Source: Octopus sinensis
Taxonomy: Eukaryota
DNA length: 64,000 nucleotides
Assembly: GCF_006345805.1 (NCBI RefSeq)
Contig: NC_043020.1
Span: 806,001-870,000, forward strand
Direction of reading: 5' to 3'
Shown here: positions 25,022 to 37,848 of the stretch, one piece after another
Layout of the letters: each line of letters opens with the position of its first letter
Position numbering within the stretch: position 1 is the stretch's first letter
Notes under the pieces: generated by a model
The model's database searches: none
What the model saw: the letters and a program-made list of their open reading frames with translations, nothing else
Told to the model about the DNA's origin: nothing
Translations under genes and position numbers: made by a program

Positions 25022-25990
25022 GGCAAGCTGGCAGAATCGTTAGCACGTCGGGCGAAATGCTTAACGGTATTTCGTCTGCCGCTACGTTCTGAGTTCAAAT
25101 TCCGCCAAGGTCATCTTTACCTTTCATCCTTTCGGGGTCGATTAAATAAGTACCAGTTACGCACTGGGGTCGATATAATCGACTTAATCCGTTTGTCTGT
25201 CCTTGTTTGTCCTCTCTGTGTTTAGCCCCTTGTGGGTAGTAAAGAAATAGGTATTTTGTCTGTCGCTACGTTCTGAGTTCAAATTCCGCCGAGGTCGACT
25301 TTGCCTTTCATCCTTTCGGGGTCGATTAAATAAGTACCAGTTACGCACTGGGGTCGATGTAATCGACTTAATCCGTTTGTCTGTCCTTGTTTGTCCCCTC
25401 TATGTTTAGCCCCTTGTGGGTAGTAAAGAAATAGGTATTTCGTCTGCTGCTACGTTTTGAGTTCATATTCTGCCGAGGTTGACTTTGCCTTTCATCCTTT
25501 CGGGGTCGATTAAATAAGTACCAGTTACGCACTGGGGTCGATGTAATCAACTTAATCCGTTTGTCTGTCCTTGTTTGTCCTCTCTGTGTTTAGCCCCTTG
25601 TGGGTAGTAAAGAAATAGGTATTTTTGTCTGTCTGTACGTTCTGAGTTCAAATTCCGCCGAGGTCAACGTTGTGCCTTTCATCCTTTCGGGGTCGATTAA
25701 ATGTACCAGTCTTACGCACTGGGGGTCGATGTCATCGACTTAATCCGTTTGTCTGTCCTTGTTTGTCCTCTCTGTGTTTAGCCCCTTGTGGGTAGTAAAG
25801 AAATAGGTATTTTTGTCTGTCTGTACGTTCTGAGTTCAAATTCCGCCGAGGTCAACTTTGCCTTTCATCCTTTCGGGGTCGATTAAATAAGTACCAGTTA
25901 CGCACTGGGGGTCGATGTCATCGACTTAATCCGTTTGTCTGTCCTTGTTTGTCCTCTCTGTGTTTAGCCCCTTGTGGATAGTAAAGAAAT
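25022..25990 (+). mobile_element. SINE family B pentamer inserted in a minus-strand family A SINE
   Basis: Units start at 25066, 25250, 25434, 25618 and 25806. The TSD aggtttctttc occurs at 25011-25021 and 25991-26001. Confidence 0.93.
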
Positions 25991-26514
25991 AGGTTTCTTT
26001 CAGTTTCTGTCTACCAAATTCCTTTACAAGACTTTGATCGAAATGGATGCATGTTTAGATGAGGGGAGGAGCAACAGATGATTGGTGAGGACCAAATATC
26101 CGTTTTTGGCAAGCAGCAGCACGTTGCTTATGAATCCCTTTCATCAAATGCCAATTGAATATCTGCTAGACCACTTGACCATGCCTGTGTCCTTCTCGCT
26201 TCTTCTCAATTCTCTCTGCAACACTGATTTATGATGCTTCAGCAATTCTTCTGTTGTCAGTATTTCCTTTTTCTGATAAATTAGAATTAATCAATTTCTG
26301 GTGCAATTTATGTCTGATGTCTAACAGTTGCAAGCTATCGAGGTTTGACTACGAACAGTGATAAATGAGACATTTATTCTCTTGGTATCGGCAGCTTATG
26401 CCGAGGAAAGTTTGTGACAAGCTTTTAGTTCAAGACTTTGATCCAGGAATTTCCCCAAAGAAGGAGCGGATCTTGGTTTCCTATTCATCATAATCGTCAT
26501 CGTCATCGTTTAAC

Positions 26515-26738
26515 TCTTTTACTCTTTTACTTGTTTCAGTCATTTTGACTGCGGCCATGCTGGAGCACCGCCTTTAGTTCAGCAAATTGACCCCAGGACT
26601 TATTATTTGTAAGCCTTATACTTATTCTATCGGCCTCTTTTACCGAACTGCTAAGATATGGAGGAGCATAAACACACCAGCGTCGGTTGTCAAGCGATGT
26701 TGGGGGACAAACACAGACACACAAACATATACACACAC

Positions 26739-26769
<31 letters not shown>

Positions 26770-27295
26770 CGACAGGCTTCTTTTCAGTTTCCATCTACAA
26801 AATCCACTCACAAGGCTTTGATCGGTCCGAGGCTATAATAGAACACACTTGCCCAAGGTGCTACGCAGTGCGACTGAACCAGGAACCATGTGATTGGTAA
26901 GTAGCTTGCTTACCAACCACATGGTTCCGGGTTCATTCCCACTGCGTGGCACCTTGGGCAAGTGTCTTCTACTATTAGCCTCGGGCCGACCAATGCCTTG
27001 TGAGTGGATTTGGTAGACGGAAACTGGAAGAAGCCTGTCGTATATATGTATATATATATATATAATATATATATGTATGTGTGTGTGTTTGTATGTCTGT
27101 GTTTGCTCCCCTAGCATTGCTTGACAACCGATGCTGGTGTGTTTATGTCCCCGTTACTTAGCGGTTCGGCAAAAGAGACCGATAGAATAAGTACTAGGCT
27201 TACAAAGAATAAGTCCTGGGGTCGATTTGCTCGACTAGAAGGCGGTACTCCAGCATGGCCGCAGTCAAATGACTGAAACAAGTAAAAGAGAGTAA
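26515..27295. mobile_element. Head-to-head fused pair of family A SINEs (minus then plus)
   Basis: The two copies share GGTAAG at 26896-26901 and both lack their extreme 5' ends. Confidence 0.9.
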
Positions 27296-28034
27296 ACAAG
27301 AAAAAGAGAGTATATGTAACTCCTGTGAAATGTATTGAATGCTTCTTTATTTCTTTTTCTGGACAAAGAAAAGAAATGCAGAAGCATTCAACCCTTATCT
27401 GTTAACAAGCAAGGAAATATTTCTCCATGGCCAGGCAAGCTTCTGCAGAATATTAGAAAAGAATGACATTCGCTGGCAGCAATTAGGCACCGTCAAGACA
27501 TGGAAGACACACACACTCATGTGCAGAGTCACACGCATGCATGCATGCATGCACGCACACACATAAAACAAGCTTTTTTTTTTAGTTTTCCATCTACATG
27601 AGTATTAATGTAACTGTATAAGATACAATTCTATTATTTAACTACATGAATTATAATGATGTGTGTGTGTGTGTATATATATGTGTGTGTATGTCTGTGT
27701 GTATATATATATATATGTGTGTATGTATGTGTGAGTTTATATGTGTGTGTATATATGTCTATATATATATCTATGTGTGTGTATATAGATATGTATATAT
27801 ATGCATGTATATATATGTTTGTATATGTATATACATATGTATATATATGATTATGTACATATGTATATTATAATGATGTGTGAATATATATGTGTGTGTG
27901 TGTATGTCTGTGTGTATATATATATGTGTATGTATATATGAGTTTATATATGTGTGTATATATGTATATATATCTATGTATGTGTATATCTATGTATATA
28001 TATGCATGTATATATATGTTTGTATATATATATA

Positions 28035-28087
<53 letters not shown>

Positions 28088-28707
28088 TATTTATATAATA
28101 TTATATATAAATAATATATATATAATGTAATATATATATATATATATGTGGGGAATATATCACTGTGCTATATCACAATATCGCTGCACCAACCTGCTAC
28201 AATGACACACAAAAGTCATGCTACCATTGTATGATGTATTATAAAGCTACACGCATTTGACAGCTTTCCGTCTTCCTATCTGGTCGCTTTCTAATTGTCA
28301 TGAAAGCGATACGGCACAAGAAATTACACAATTTTTAAACGTAGCGTATGCTTCTTTCATCGTTCAGTCAAATGAGTTGAATCTTTTGACGAGACGCTAC
28401 TTGTCTCCGATATTCCAATAGCTATTGAATTAGGTTGATGTGAGACAAATTTCCTGCTGGATAAAATTCCTATTCACAAATTACGAATTCGCAGAAGGAC
28501 TGCTGTCTCCATTCCAACTGCATTCTCTTGCACAATAACAACAGCACTGTGCCTTCCCATGTGTAAAGTTCTAGACTAAGGGTCGTGTTGGTGCTTCAAT
28601 GGTTATTCGGTACTAAGCAGCGCTCTATCATCAAGGCCTGTCTATATATTGTTATGATGTTAATGTGTGTGTATATATACATGTGCGTTTCTGTATCTCT
28701 CTTATAT

Positions 28708-28909
28708 CCTTTTACTTGTTTCAGTCATTTGACTGCGGCCATGCTGGAGCACCGCCTTCTAGTCGAGCAAATCGACCCCGGGACTTATTCTTTGTAAGCC
28801 CAGTACTTATTCTATCGGTCTCTTTTTGCCGAACCGCTAAGTTATGGGGACGTAAACACACCAGCATTGGTTGTCAAGCGATGTTGGGGGGACAAACACA
28901 GACACACAA

Positions 28910-28942
<33 letters not shown>

Positions 28943-29095
28943 CGACAGGCTTCTTTCAGTTTCCGTCTGCCAAATCCACTCACAAGGCTTTGGTCGGCCC
29001 CAGGCTATTGTAGAAGACACTCGCCCAAGATGCCACGCAGTGGGACTGAACCCGGAACCATTTGGTTGGTAAGCAAGCTACTTACCACACAGCCA
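28708..29095 (-). mobile_element. SINE family A
   Basis: It is collinear with the other full-length copies. Confidence 0.9.
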
Positions 29096-29639
29096 TTTAC
29101 TTACCACACAGCCATTTATTTACAATATTTAATAAAAATATAAGTTGAAAACATATATTCTAACTATTATGAACGTACTCGTGTGTGTGTGAGTGTGTGT
29201 GTTGTTGGTGGTGGTCGTGGGGGGAGACTGTGTATTCAGCAATGTGCATTAGCAAAAGATGTAAGTATCGGTAAGAACATCAATAAATCAGCGCTTTCAA
29301 ACAGCGTCCCTTGCGGCGTGCATATGTTTCTGCCCAGGCTGCACATTACAAATGCAACGAAGCAGTGATTAGGTCATTAGGAACTTGTAACTAACGATGC
29401 TATTGTTTGCAAAATTTGATTTAAAGTAATTAAATAATAACAACGATTATTATCATTATTGTCATTATTATTATTATCATTATTATTATTATTATTATTA
29501 TTATTGAGTAAACATCAGCTATGTGTATATCCTCCCCCTAAAAATGCAAAAAAAAAACAAAAAGAACAGGTGAATAAAACAATTAGTTTGAATACGAAAG
29601 AGGATTATGAAATTAAAAGATATTAAATAACCAAATGTA

Positions 29640-29784
29640 ACAGTGACATATATATATATATATATAAAATATACTATATATATATACTGTATGTATATAT
29701 ATATATATAAAATATACTATATATATACTGTTTATATACATATGTATGTATGTGTATATATATATGTGTATATATATATATATG

Positions 29785-29823
<39 letters not shown>

Positions 29824-30036
29824 GTATATGTATGTATGTATATATACGTATGTATGTATATGTATGTATATGTATGTATGTATATGTATGTATATGTATG
29901 TATGTATATATATGTATGTATGTATATATATGTATGTATGTATGTATATGTATGTATGTATGTATGTATATGTATGTATGTATATATACGTATGTATGTA
30001 TATGTATGTATATGTATGTATGTATATATGTATGTG

Positions 30037-30067
<31 letters not shown>

Positions 30068-30116
30068 ATATATATATATGTATGTATGTATATATATATA
30101 TGTATGTATGTATGTA
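29640..30116 (+). repeat. (TA)n/(TATG)n compound microsatellite
   Basis: Directly visible. Confidence 0.95.
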
Positions 30117-30344
30117 TAAACAATAGCAACAAAAGAAATGAAGTGGGTGAGACAAAAGCTGTAATATGGAATCTATAAACTTAATCAAAATCAATATTTT
30201 TCCTCTTGTGGTGCAATTTGTGGTAGGTTGAAATGTTTGGATTTTTAGCTGGAGAAATATCTGAGAGCAGGTGATTAGTATTACTGGCTTCGAAAAATGA
30301 GGTGTTGGATACCAAATCTATACGTGTGTGTGTGTGTGTGTGTC

Positions 30345-30378
<34 letters not shown>

Positions 30379-30487
30379 GAGGAGGAAGTGGTTGTGCCTT
30401 TGGTTTTGACACACCTTCTAAGGTATGTCTTTCCTGATTTTATTCTTTTACCTGTCTCAGTGATTGGACTGAATACATTCTTACGTA

Positions 30488-30893
30488 TACTCTTTACTCT
30501 TTACTCTTTCACTTGTTTCTGTCATTTGACTGCGGCCATGCTGGAGCACCACCTTTAGTCGAGCAAATCGACCGCAGGACTTATTCTTTGTAAGCCTAGT
30601 ACTTAGTCTATCGGTCTCATTTGCCGAACCGCTAAGTTATGGGGGACGTAAACACACCACCATCGGTTGTCAAGTGATGTTGTGGGGACAAACACAGACA
30701 CACAAACACATACACACATACATATACATACGACGGGATTCTTCCAGTTTCCGTCTACCAAATCCACTCACAAGGCTTTGGTCAGCCCAAGGCTATAGTA
30801 GAAGATACTTGCCCTAGGTGCCACGCAGTGGGACTGAACCCGGAACCATGTGGTTGGTAAGCAAGCTACTTACCACACAGCCACTCCTGCGCC
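30488..30893 (-). mobile_element. SINE family A, full length
   Basis: The ggcgcaggagtggctg head and (gagtaaa)n tail are both present. Confidence 0.9.
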
Positions 30894-31722
30894 TATGTGT
30901 ATGATGAGTTATATATCATCATCATCATCATCATCATTGGGTGTTGCTGTGTGGGAAGAATTTGGCTTCCCTGTCACATGATTCCAAGTTCAATCCCACT
31001 GCATACCCCTTTTTTAACTGTAAAGCCATACCTGTGCCTCTGTGTGTGTGTGTATGCGTGTGAGTGTGTGTGTGTGTGTGTGATTCTGTCTGTATGTGTG
31101 TGTGTGTGCACATTCTTTGTAGATATTGTGCAGCTCCAGATCAGCTTTGATGAAGCAAACCTATGATGATAAGCATTTCTGATGTGAATGTAATAATTTT
31201 GTTTAAATAACGATCTACCGTTAGAAGAACAGAACTTGGTTATTGAATCACTTCTTGGCATTCTGCAATTACTACCTGTAAATCGATGCTCTTGTAAATG
31301 ACAATCTCACTACGGTTCTGCCAGTAGACATCAATGGAACTTTTAGTAAATTAAAGCTTTGATTTAAATTGGCTTTCACCTTGGGTTCTTCATACTTCAA
31401 TTTAATTTACTAAAAGTCACAGGTGAAATGACCCGAGGAACTCAGTGCAATGCTAACAGCACCTGAGGTTTCATATACTTTTAATCATCGACTGTTGTCT
31501 TTACACTGTATAAAACTAAACTCAAAGGAATTAATGGCTCTTATGTAGAAATCCTAGTAAATGCCAATTTACTATAAAATTTTGAAATTATTTGAACAGC
31601 TCTGTCTGTAATGGTGCCTTGCTTGCTATTTGAAATAAGTTGCATTTGTTCAGCTGACCAAGAGGTGACCAAATATATTTGATCCATTCACAACTGGAAT
31701 CTCTTTAGCCCATATCTGTTAT

Positions 31723-31890
31723 ATAAAATCCGTTCTGTCTGTCTGTGTGTGTGTCTTCTAGGATCTCGGGCATCCTCCATCCAATTGCATTCAAATTTGA
31801 TATGTAGATACTGACGGTATCAGGCCTTTATAAGTCTTGAAAAAATTACAAAAATTGATTCCAGGTGAGAATGCGATCGATAAAGTGAAT
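31723..31890 (+). mobile_element. Possible non-autonomous Helitron/Helentron-like 5' fragment
   Basis: The layout atctgttatataaaa...ctgtctgtctgtgtgt...ccaattgcattcaaatttgatatgtagatac recalls DINE/HINE-type elements. No 3' end was seen. Confidence 0.35.
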
Positions 31891-32275
31891 AAAATCATTT
31901 TTCTTTATAATAGAAAAAAAGTTTATCTTTATTTCTTCTTTTGCTGGTGTCTCAAATTTAGGTTAAATCAGTGTTTCTCAAAGGGGAGGTCTATGGGAAG
32001 GTCGGACAAGTTGTTTTGAGAAAATTTGCTTTAAATGTTTGACAACTCAGCACCGTCCATTGAACAGAGGGCGTTTTGCTCGTATCTACTAAATAAGTAT
32101 TGTCTCAAAACTTTGGACTCGTAGGTATGGATACAGTTTCCATGGTCTGGGATCACAGCATTTCCTGCAAACATTGTGAGTGTTCAGTGGGAGACCGTCA
32201 AGTAACAATCTAGGAAATTGCTCATGAAATGGGAAAGCAAGGGAACAGTGAATTTCATTTTAATGGAAATTTTAA

Positions 32276-32457
32276 TCATTGTCATCATCGTTTAACGTCT
32301 GCTTTCCATGCTAGCATGGGTTGGACGATTTTGACTCAGGGCTGGTGAACCAGATGGCTGCACCAGGCTCCAATCTTGATTTGGCAGAATTTCTACAGCT
32401 GGATGCCCTTCCTAACGCCAATCACTCCGAGAGTGTAGTGGGTGCTTTTTACGTGCC
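32276..32457 (-). mobile_element. SINE family C fragment inside the mariner remnant
   Basis: catcatcgtttaacgtctgctttccatgctagcatgggttgg...gtgctttttacgtgcc. Confidence 0.85.
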
Positions 32458-32671
32458 TAAATTTATTCCCAAGGTACTGGAAAAGCAGCAGAAGTGACCC
32501 CGCATGGAAATCACTCAGGACATACTGGACTGTGCAAACCACAACTCGGACTTTACAAAAACGATTGACATTGGTGTCGAAACATGGGCTTGTGGTCTCT
32601 GCTCCATGTGTTTGGTTATCTTGTGTGGAAACGAAAATCTGACGAATGAGCACTACATGTCTGTGCTCTAG

Positions 32672-33058
32672 GGAAGGAAGCACTCCGTCGGTTACGACGA
32701 CGAGGGTTCCGGTTGATCCGATCAACGGAACAGCCTGCTCGTGAAATTAACGTGCAAGTGGCTGAGCACTCCACAGACACGTGTACCCTTAACGTAGTTC
32801 TCGGGGATATTCAGCGTGACACAGAGAGTGACAAGGCCGGCCCTTTGAAATACAGGTACAACAGAAACAGGAAGTAAGAGTGAGAGAAAGTTGTGGTGAA
32901 AGAGTACAGCAGGGATCACCACCATTCCCTGCCGGAGCCTCATGGAGCTTTAGGTGTTTTCGCTCAATAAACACTCACAACGCCCGGTCTGGGAATTGAA
33001 ACCGCGATCCTACGACCGCGAGTCCGCTGCCCTAACCACTGGGCCATTGCGCCTCCAC
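32672..33058 (-). mobile_element. Full-length tRNA-head SINE family D with a perfect 13-bp TSD
   Basis: GTCTGTGCTCTAG occurs at 32659-32671 and 33059-33071. The head gtggaggcgcaatggcccagtggttag...ggtttcaattccc carries A and B boxes. Confidence 0.92.
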
Positions 33059-33894
33059 GTCTGTGCTCTAGGCATAACAACTAAGAACTGACATGGCCTA
33101 CTTGTGCAAGAATTTTCACACATGCACAAGAAGGGTGGTATCACCATCCGCTCAAAGAATTTTGCCGATGCAGCATTAGTTTTGTCAGGAAAAAATAAAG
33201 TTGGATGCTTTTTGAACGCACCTTGTATTTTGGAAATGTTTGTTGCCTGATTGAATTTGTAAGATGCAAGTCAAGTCTTTTAAGTTGTTTTCTGTGTTAT
33301 TGAATAAAGGTTTTTGTTCGACGGCTTAGTTCTTTGCTCCGTAAGTTTAAAGGTAAGGACCCAGAATCTGAGTTAAAATACATTAGGTTACGATGATGAA
33401 CTATTGAAAATGCCACGCAGCACATGAAAGATAAAAGTGAATGTAAGTAAATTTATTTAGCCCGACTGCAATGGAAAATTTGAGCAATGAAAGAAAGAAA
33501 GAAAGAGAGAATGAAGCAGTGGGTAACATATCACAGATGATGATTGCTTTAAGCACATGCTTTCTTAATATTATAAGTCAAAATATGAATGATAAAATTG
33601 TATGTGAGCAAATGTATTTAGTCCTACTACAAAAGAAAATCTTAGCAAAGATAAAGAGAGAGAAACGAAATTTCAGGTCACAGATAAAACGATTGACTCT
33701 CAACACATTCTTTCTCTTCATCTTAAGCGAAAATGTCTTCACAGCAACATTTAAGTATTTTCACGTGTGTCAACTTGTACCGTTGATACACAATGTGATG
33801 GTTGGTAGGTACTAAGCTGGTTGGCAACAACAACAACAACAAAACATACAACAAAATGCCTCTTGGTGTTTAGTTTTCCTCTGTCTTTTTATCG

Positions 33895-34282
33895 TTTGTC
33901 TTTTACTTGTTTCAGTTTTTTTGACTGCGGCCATGCTGGGGCACCACCCTAAAGAATTTTAGTTGGACAAATCATACCCAATACTTGTTTTTGTTTTTTT
34001 TTTAGCACGGTACTTATTCTGTCAGTCTCTTTTGCCAAACTGCTAAGTTACAAGGACATAAATACACCAACACCAGTTGTCAAGCAGTGGTGGGGGACAA
34101 ACAAAGACACATACACACACACACATGATGGGCTTCTTTCAAGTTTCCATCTAACAAACCCACTCACAAAGCTTTGGCCAGCTCGAGGCTATAGTTGAAG
34201 ACACTTGCCCAAGGCGTCACACAGTGGGACTGAACCCAGAACCATGTGGTTGGGAAGCAAACTTCTTACCACACGGCCATGC
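33895..34282 (-). mobile_element. SINE family A, diverged
   Basis: It is collinear with the other copies. Confidence 0.8.
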
Positions 34283-34756
34283 TAAATTCAGTATCCCTTT
34301 TGTTAGTTTACTTAATCTTTAAATTCACTCCAAAGTAAATATTGGTAAATTCTGACCTAATTGAATTGACATTGTTTTGACTTTGTGCTTAGCCAAAATC
34401 AATAATCTATGGTACCTTAATCATCATCATCATTATCATCATCGTTTAACGTCTGTTTTCCTTGCTGGCATGGGTCTTCTATTATTTCAATCAAGGTTAC
34501 TTTTCTCAAACCAGATTTGGTACTTTCCAGTTATTAATTTTCTTTTTATTCTTTCCAGTCATTTGACTGCAGCCATGCTGGAGCACCACCATTGAAGGGT
34601 TTTAGTTGAACAAATCGACCCCATGGATTATTTCTTAAGTCTAGTACTACTCTATTGGTTTCTTTTGCTGTACTGCTAGGTTACAGGGATTTAAACACAC
34701 CAACACCAGTTGTCAAGCAATGATGGGTGGACAAACACAGACACAAAGACACATAG

Positions 34757-34798
<42 letters not shown>

Positions 34799-35030
34799 TA
34801 TATACAATAGTTTAATAGTTTATTTAGTGATCCTTTTGTAAATAAAAAAAATTGGGTGTTGATAACAGGAAAGTATTCCTAAATTTGATAAATTGCTATT
34901 GTGTAAACAGGAGCATAAGGGCTTAGCTATCCTATATCTAATGTTTGAGCCCTTCTTCCAATAAGTGAATCAGTAGTTTTGACTTTGAGTGGGCTAGGCT
35001 TCTGTAGGAAGCCTTTTTTCCCTTTTTCTA

Positions 35031-35443
35031 CCAATTCTACTATATGGCTCAGAAACCTGGACGTTATCAAAGAAGCTTGAGAGGCAGTTGGATGGAACCT
35101 ACACTCGCCTCCTTATGAGAGCTCAAAATCTCTCGTGGAAGCGTCATCCAACCAAAGTACAAATATATGGGAAACTACCACCTGTGTCATCTCTTGTGAA
35201 AGGTAGGAGAGTCCAGTTTGCTGGACATTGTTGTAGAGCTGAAAACGAGGTAATTTCTACTCTTCTCCTCTGGAAGCCATCTGCTCACGATACCAGAGGG
35301 CGCACACTCTCCTACCCTGATGTAATCTCCAGGGATACAGGCATCCAGCAACAGGACCTCCGTAATCCTATGATGGACCGTGAAGTCTGGCGTAGCATGG
35401 TAAATTCCATTGTCTCGACCACGGTTGAACAATGATGATGATG
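35031..35443 (+). mobile_element. 5'-truncated RTE-type LINE 3' fragment with a 12-bp TSD
   Basis: It encodes the same protein as 7627-8092 and has a (GAT)n tail. The TSD tgtaggaagcct occurs at 35003-35014 and 35442-35453. Confidence 0.92.
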
Positions 35444-36427
35444 TAGGAAGCCTGTGAAACTGTAAGCTGCATGGAGCCGAATCAAACTCTTTTAAATAAT
35501 AATAAATGTTTGTGTGGGTGAGTGTATGAAAATTCGACTTTAAATTCACTAAGGATGTCCTTGTATGCCAGTATCAAACACGACTTCGAGACCCACTAGC
35601 AGTTGATCTCCTTTTCCACTACGTAACTGAATAGTCACGTTTCAATATCCAATATTTCAATGGAGATCCATTTGAATTATCAACAGCAGATGGCGCAGTT
35701 ATAGCAATTCTCCTTGAACCATAATCTACAACCTCGTTTCATCCACTTGAGCAATCCTTATTTCGCAATGAATGTAAAAGCTACACTTTTCCCACCATCT
35801 CTCCTCTTCTCTATAATCTCCAGCTTGGTGCTTATATGCAATAAACTATACATGCATATGTAATTCTGCATCATAAATATATGTATATTCGTGTTTTGCA
35901 TGTGACTCACATAAGTGAATTTTGTAAAGTAATTTCAATGAATTTTGATGGGGGGAAAAATTTTTTTTTTTTCCATATAAAGCTAGATAAGAAAAATATA
36001 ATAGATTGAATGATTTCTGGCAAAATATTTTTATTCTTAATAAAATTGCATTTCAGTAGCTTCCATAAAAAGAAGATATCAACTGGTTGATCTAACTCTG
36101 CCTCGAGTAAGCTTCAGTAAAAATCTCTCTCCTTGATACTTGCCACAACAGAATGGAAATAGTTTTAACACCGGGATGGAACTCATTGTATTATCTGATC
36201 TATATTTTAAATTATAAAAATAATTACTTATACCAAGACAAATGTCTTATACGATATCTTTGCTTTTTCTTTTTTCATTCCTTTATTTCTTTTAGCTAGA
36301 TTACATAGATATGTATATGTGTGTATGTATGTATATATATATATACACGCGCACACATATAATATATTACATATTTGAATACATATATATATATAACATA
36401 TATAGATATGTTTATATATATATATAT

Positions 36428-36470
<43 letters not shown>

Positions 36471-36536
36471 ATGTAGATATGTTTTATATTGATCTAATAT
36501 CTAAATGTATATATGTGTATATATATATATATCTAA

Positions 36537-36587
<51 letters not shown>

Positions 36588-37631
36588 CTAAATGTATATA
36601 TGTATAGTGTATATATATATATTAAACTGTTTAATTTTTTTAAACTCTTAATATTGATCAGTAGAAGATTCCTCTTAAGCCAGTATAATTTTAGTTTCAT
36701 TTTAGCTTTTTTTCCCCAATTTTTACTTCATTCTTCTTGAAGCAATATTTTCCTTTTTTTTCTTCCTTTCTCTTTTTTCCCCCTATTTATTCAGTTTTGT
36801 GTTGTTTTTTTTTTTGGGGGGGGGGGGCATTTTTTATGGCTACTTTTTGGGATGTTTTAAAAATATCTTCATTTTCTACTGTGAACAATGCATTACATAA
36901 TATTGAAATGACCAATCCTCTTCAGTTATTTCAACTTGCATTAGGCTACGTATCATCTATTTTGATGCCGCTGTAAATAACGGTGATCAATACCTGCTCG
37001 CCTCCTTCTACGCTTTACCGTTTTCCTTTCCCTTCCAAACAATTCTTGCCTGTATTTTGCTGGCTGCCAAATTGTTGTCCGTCTCTTCTTCCTAAACCAT
37101 CCCAAGTTCATGGGTGCTGCTGCTGCCGCTGCTACTGCTGCTGCCATACAATAACAGCCCATCAGGTCTTACTGATTAGCTGTCATTTCTTATCAGTCTG
37201 TTTCCTCTGTCAAACTTGTTTTCTCAAAGGAACTAACCGAAGTTTGTCAGTTGGAATTCCATTTTCTTTATTTCTTTCTTTCTTTTTTTTTTTGTTTTTC
37301 TCCGTTTTATTTTAAATATTTATTTATTTTTTGTGTTCCATTTCTAAGTCATTGTTAATCAAATCTCAAGTATTTTACCACAATTGAGATTCCTTCTTTT
37401 TTACTTCACTTCTTTTGGTTTCTTATTTTGAAATCCATTTAATTTCTGATCCTTACTGGGTTTTCCTGCTGAGGTTTTTGTTTCCTATCACTGAATATAT
37501 ATATATACACATATCCAAAATGAAGGAATGAAGCTACATATGTTTCGTACAGTCCACTTTTTGTCTTCTATACCTGCCACAGACTGCTTGAAGCTTACAA
37601 ATTTCCTACACTTAGATCCTAAGATCTTAAC

Positions 37632-37677
<46 letters not shown>

Positions 37678-37678
<1 letters not shown>

Positions 37679-37848
37679 ACCCACTACACTCACGGAGTGG
37701 TTGGCATTAGGAAGGGCATCCAGCTGTAGAAACATTGCCAGATAAGACCGGAGCCTGGTGCAGCCTTCTGGCTTCCCAGATCCCCGGTCGAACCGTCCAA
37801 CCCATGCTAGCATGAAGAACGGACGTTAAACAATGATGATGATGATGA
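37678..37848 (+). mobile_element. SINE family C 3' part
   Basis: gtacccactacactcacggagtggttggc...(GAT)n. Confidence 0.85.

Larger units (their letters stand above)
32130..33227 (+). mobile_element. Decayed mariner transposon interrupted by two SINEs
   Basis: Broken frames read DRQVTI*EIAHEMG, KFIPKVLEKQQK*PRMEITQDILDCANHNSDFTKTIDIGVETWACG (cf. mariner AKFVPKLL..Q...R...QDML.....DF...IITGDETWVYGY) and TNEHYMSVL. A terminal tttgaacgcaccttg|TA resembles a mariner TIR plus TA target. Confidence 0.75.

Noticed and set aside
25066-25990. CRISPR-like or tandem tRNA array
   Set aside because: The 184-bp units have no spacers and lack an A box and a complete cloverleaf. They are SINE-derived.
32990-33058. 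tRNA gene
   Set aside because: The tRNA-like sequence is the head of a TSD-flanked SINE and continues into SINE body. The same applies to the heads of families A, B and E.
36953-37162. Minus-strand basic ORF MGCYCMAAAV...RKKRR
   Set aside because: It is short, its poly-Ala comes from a (GCA)n repeat, and no family is recognisable. It would need RNA-seq or ribosome-profiling support.
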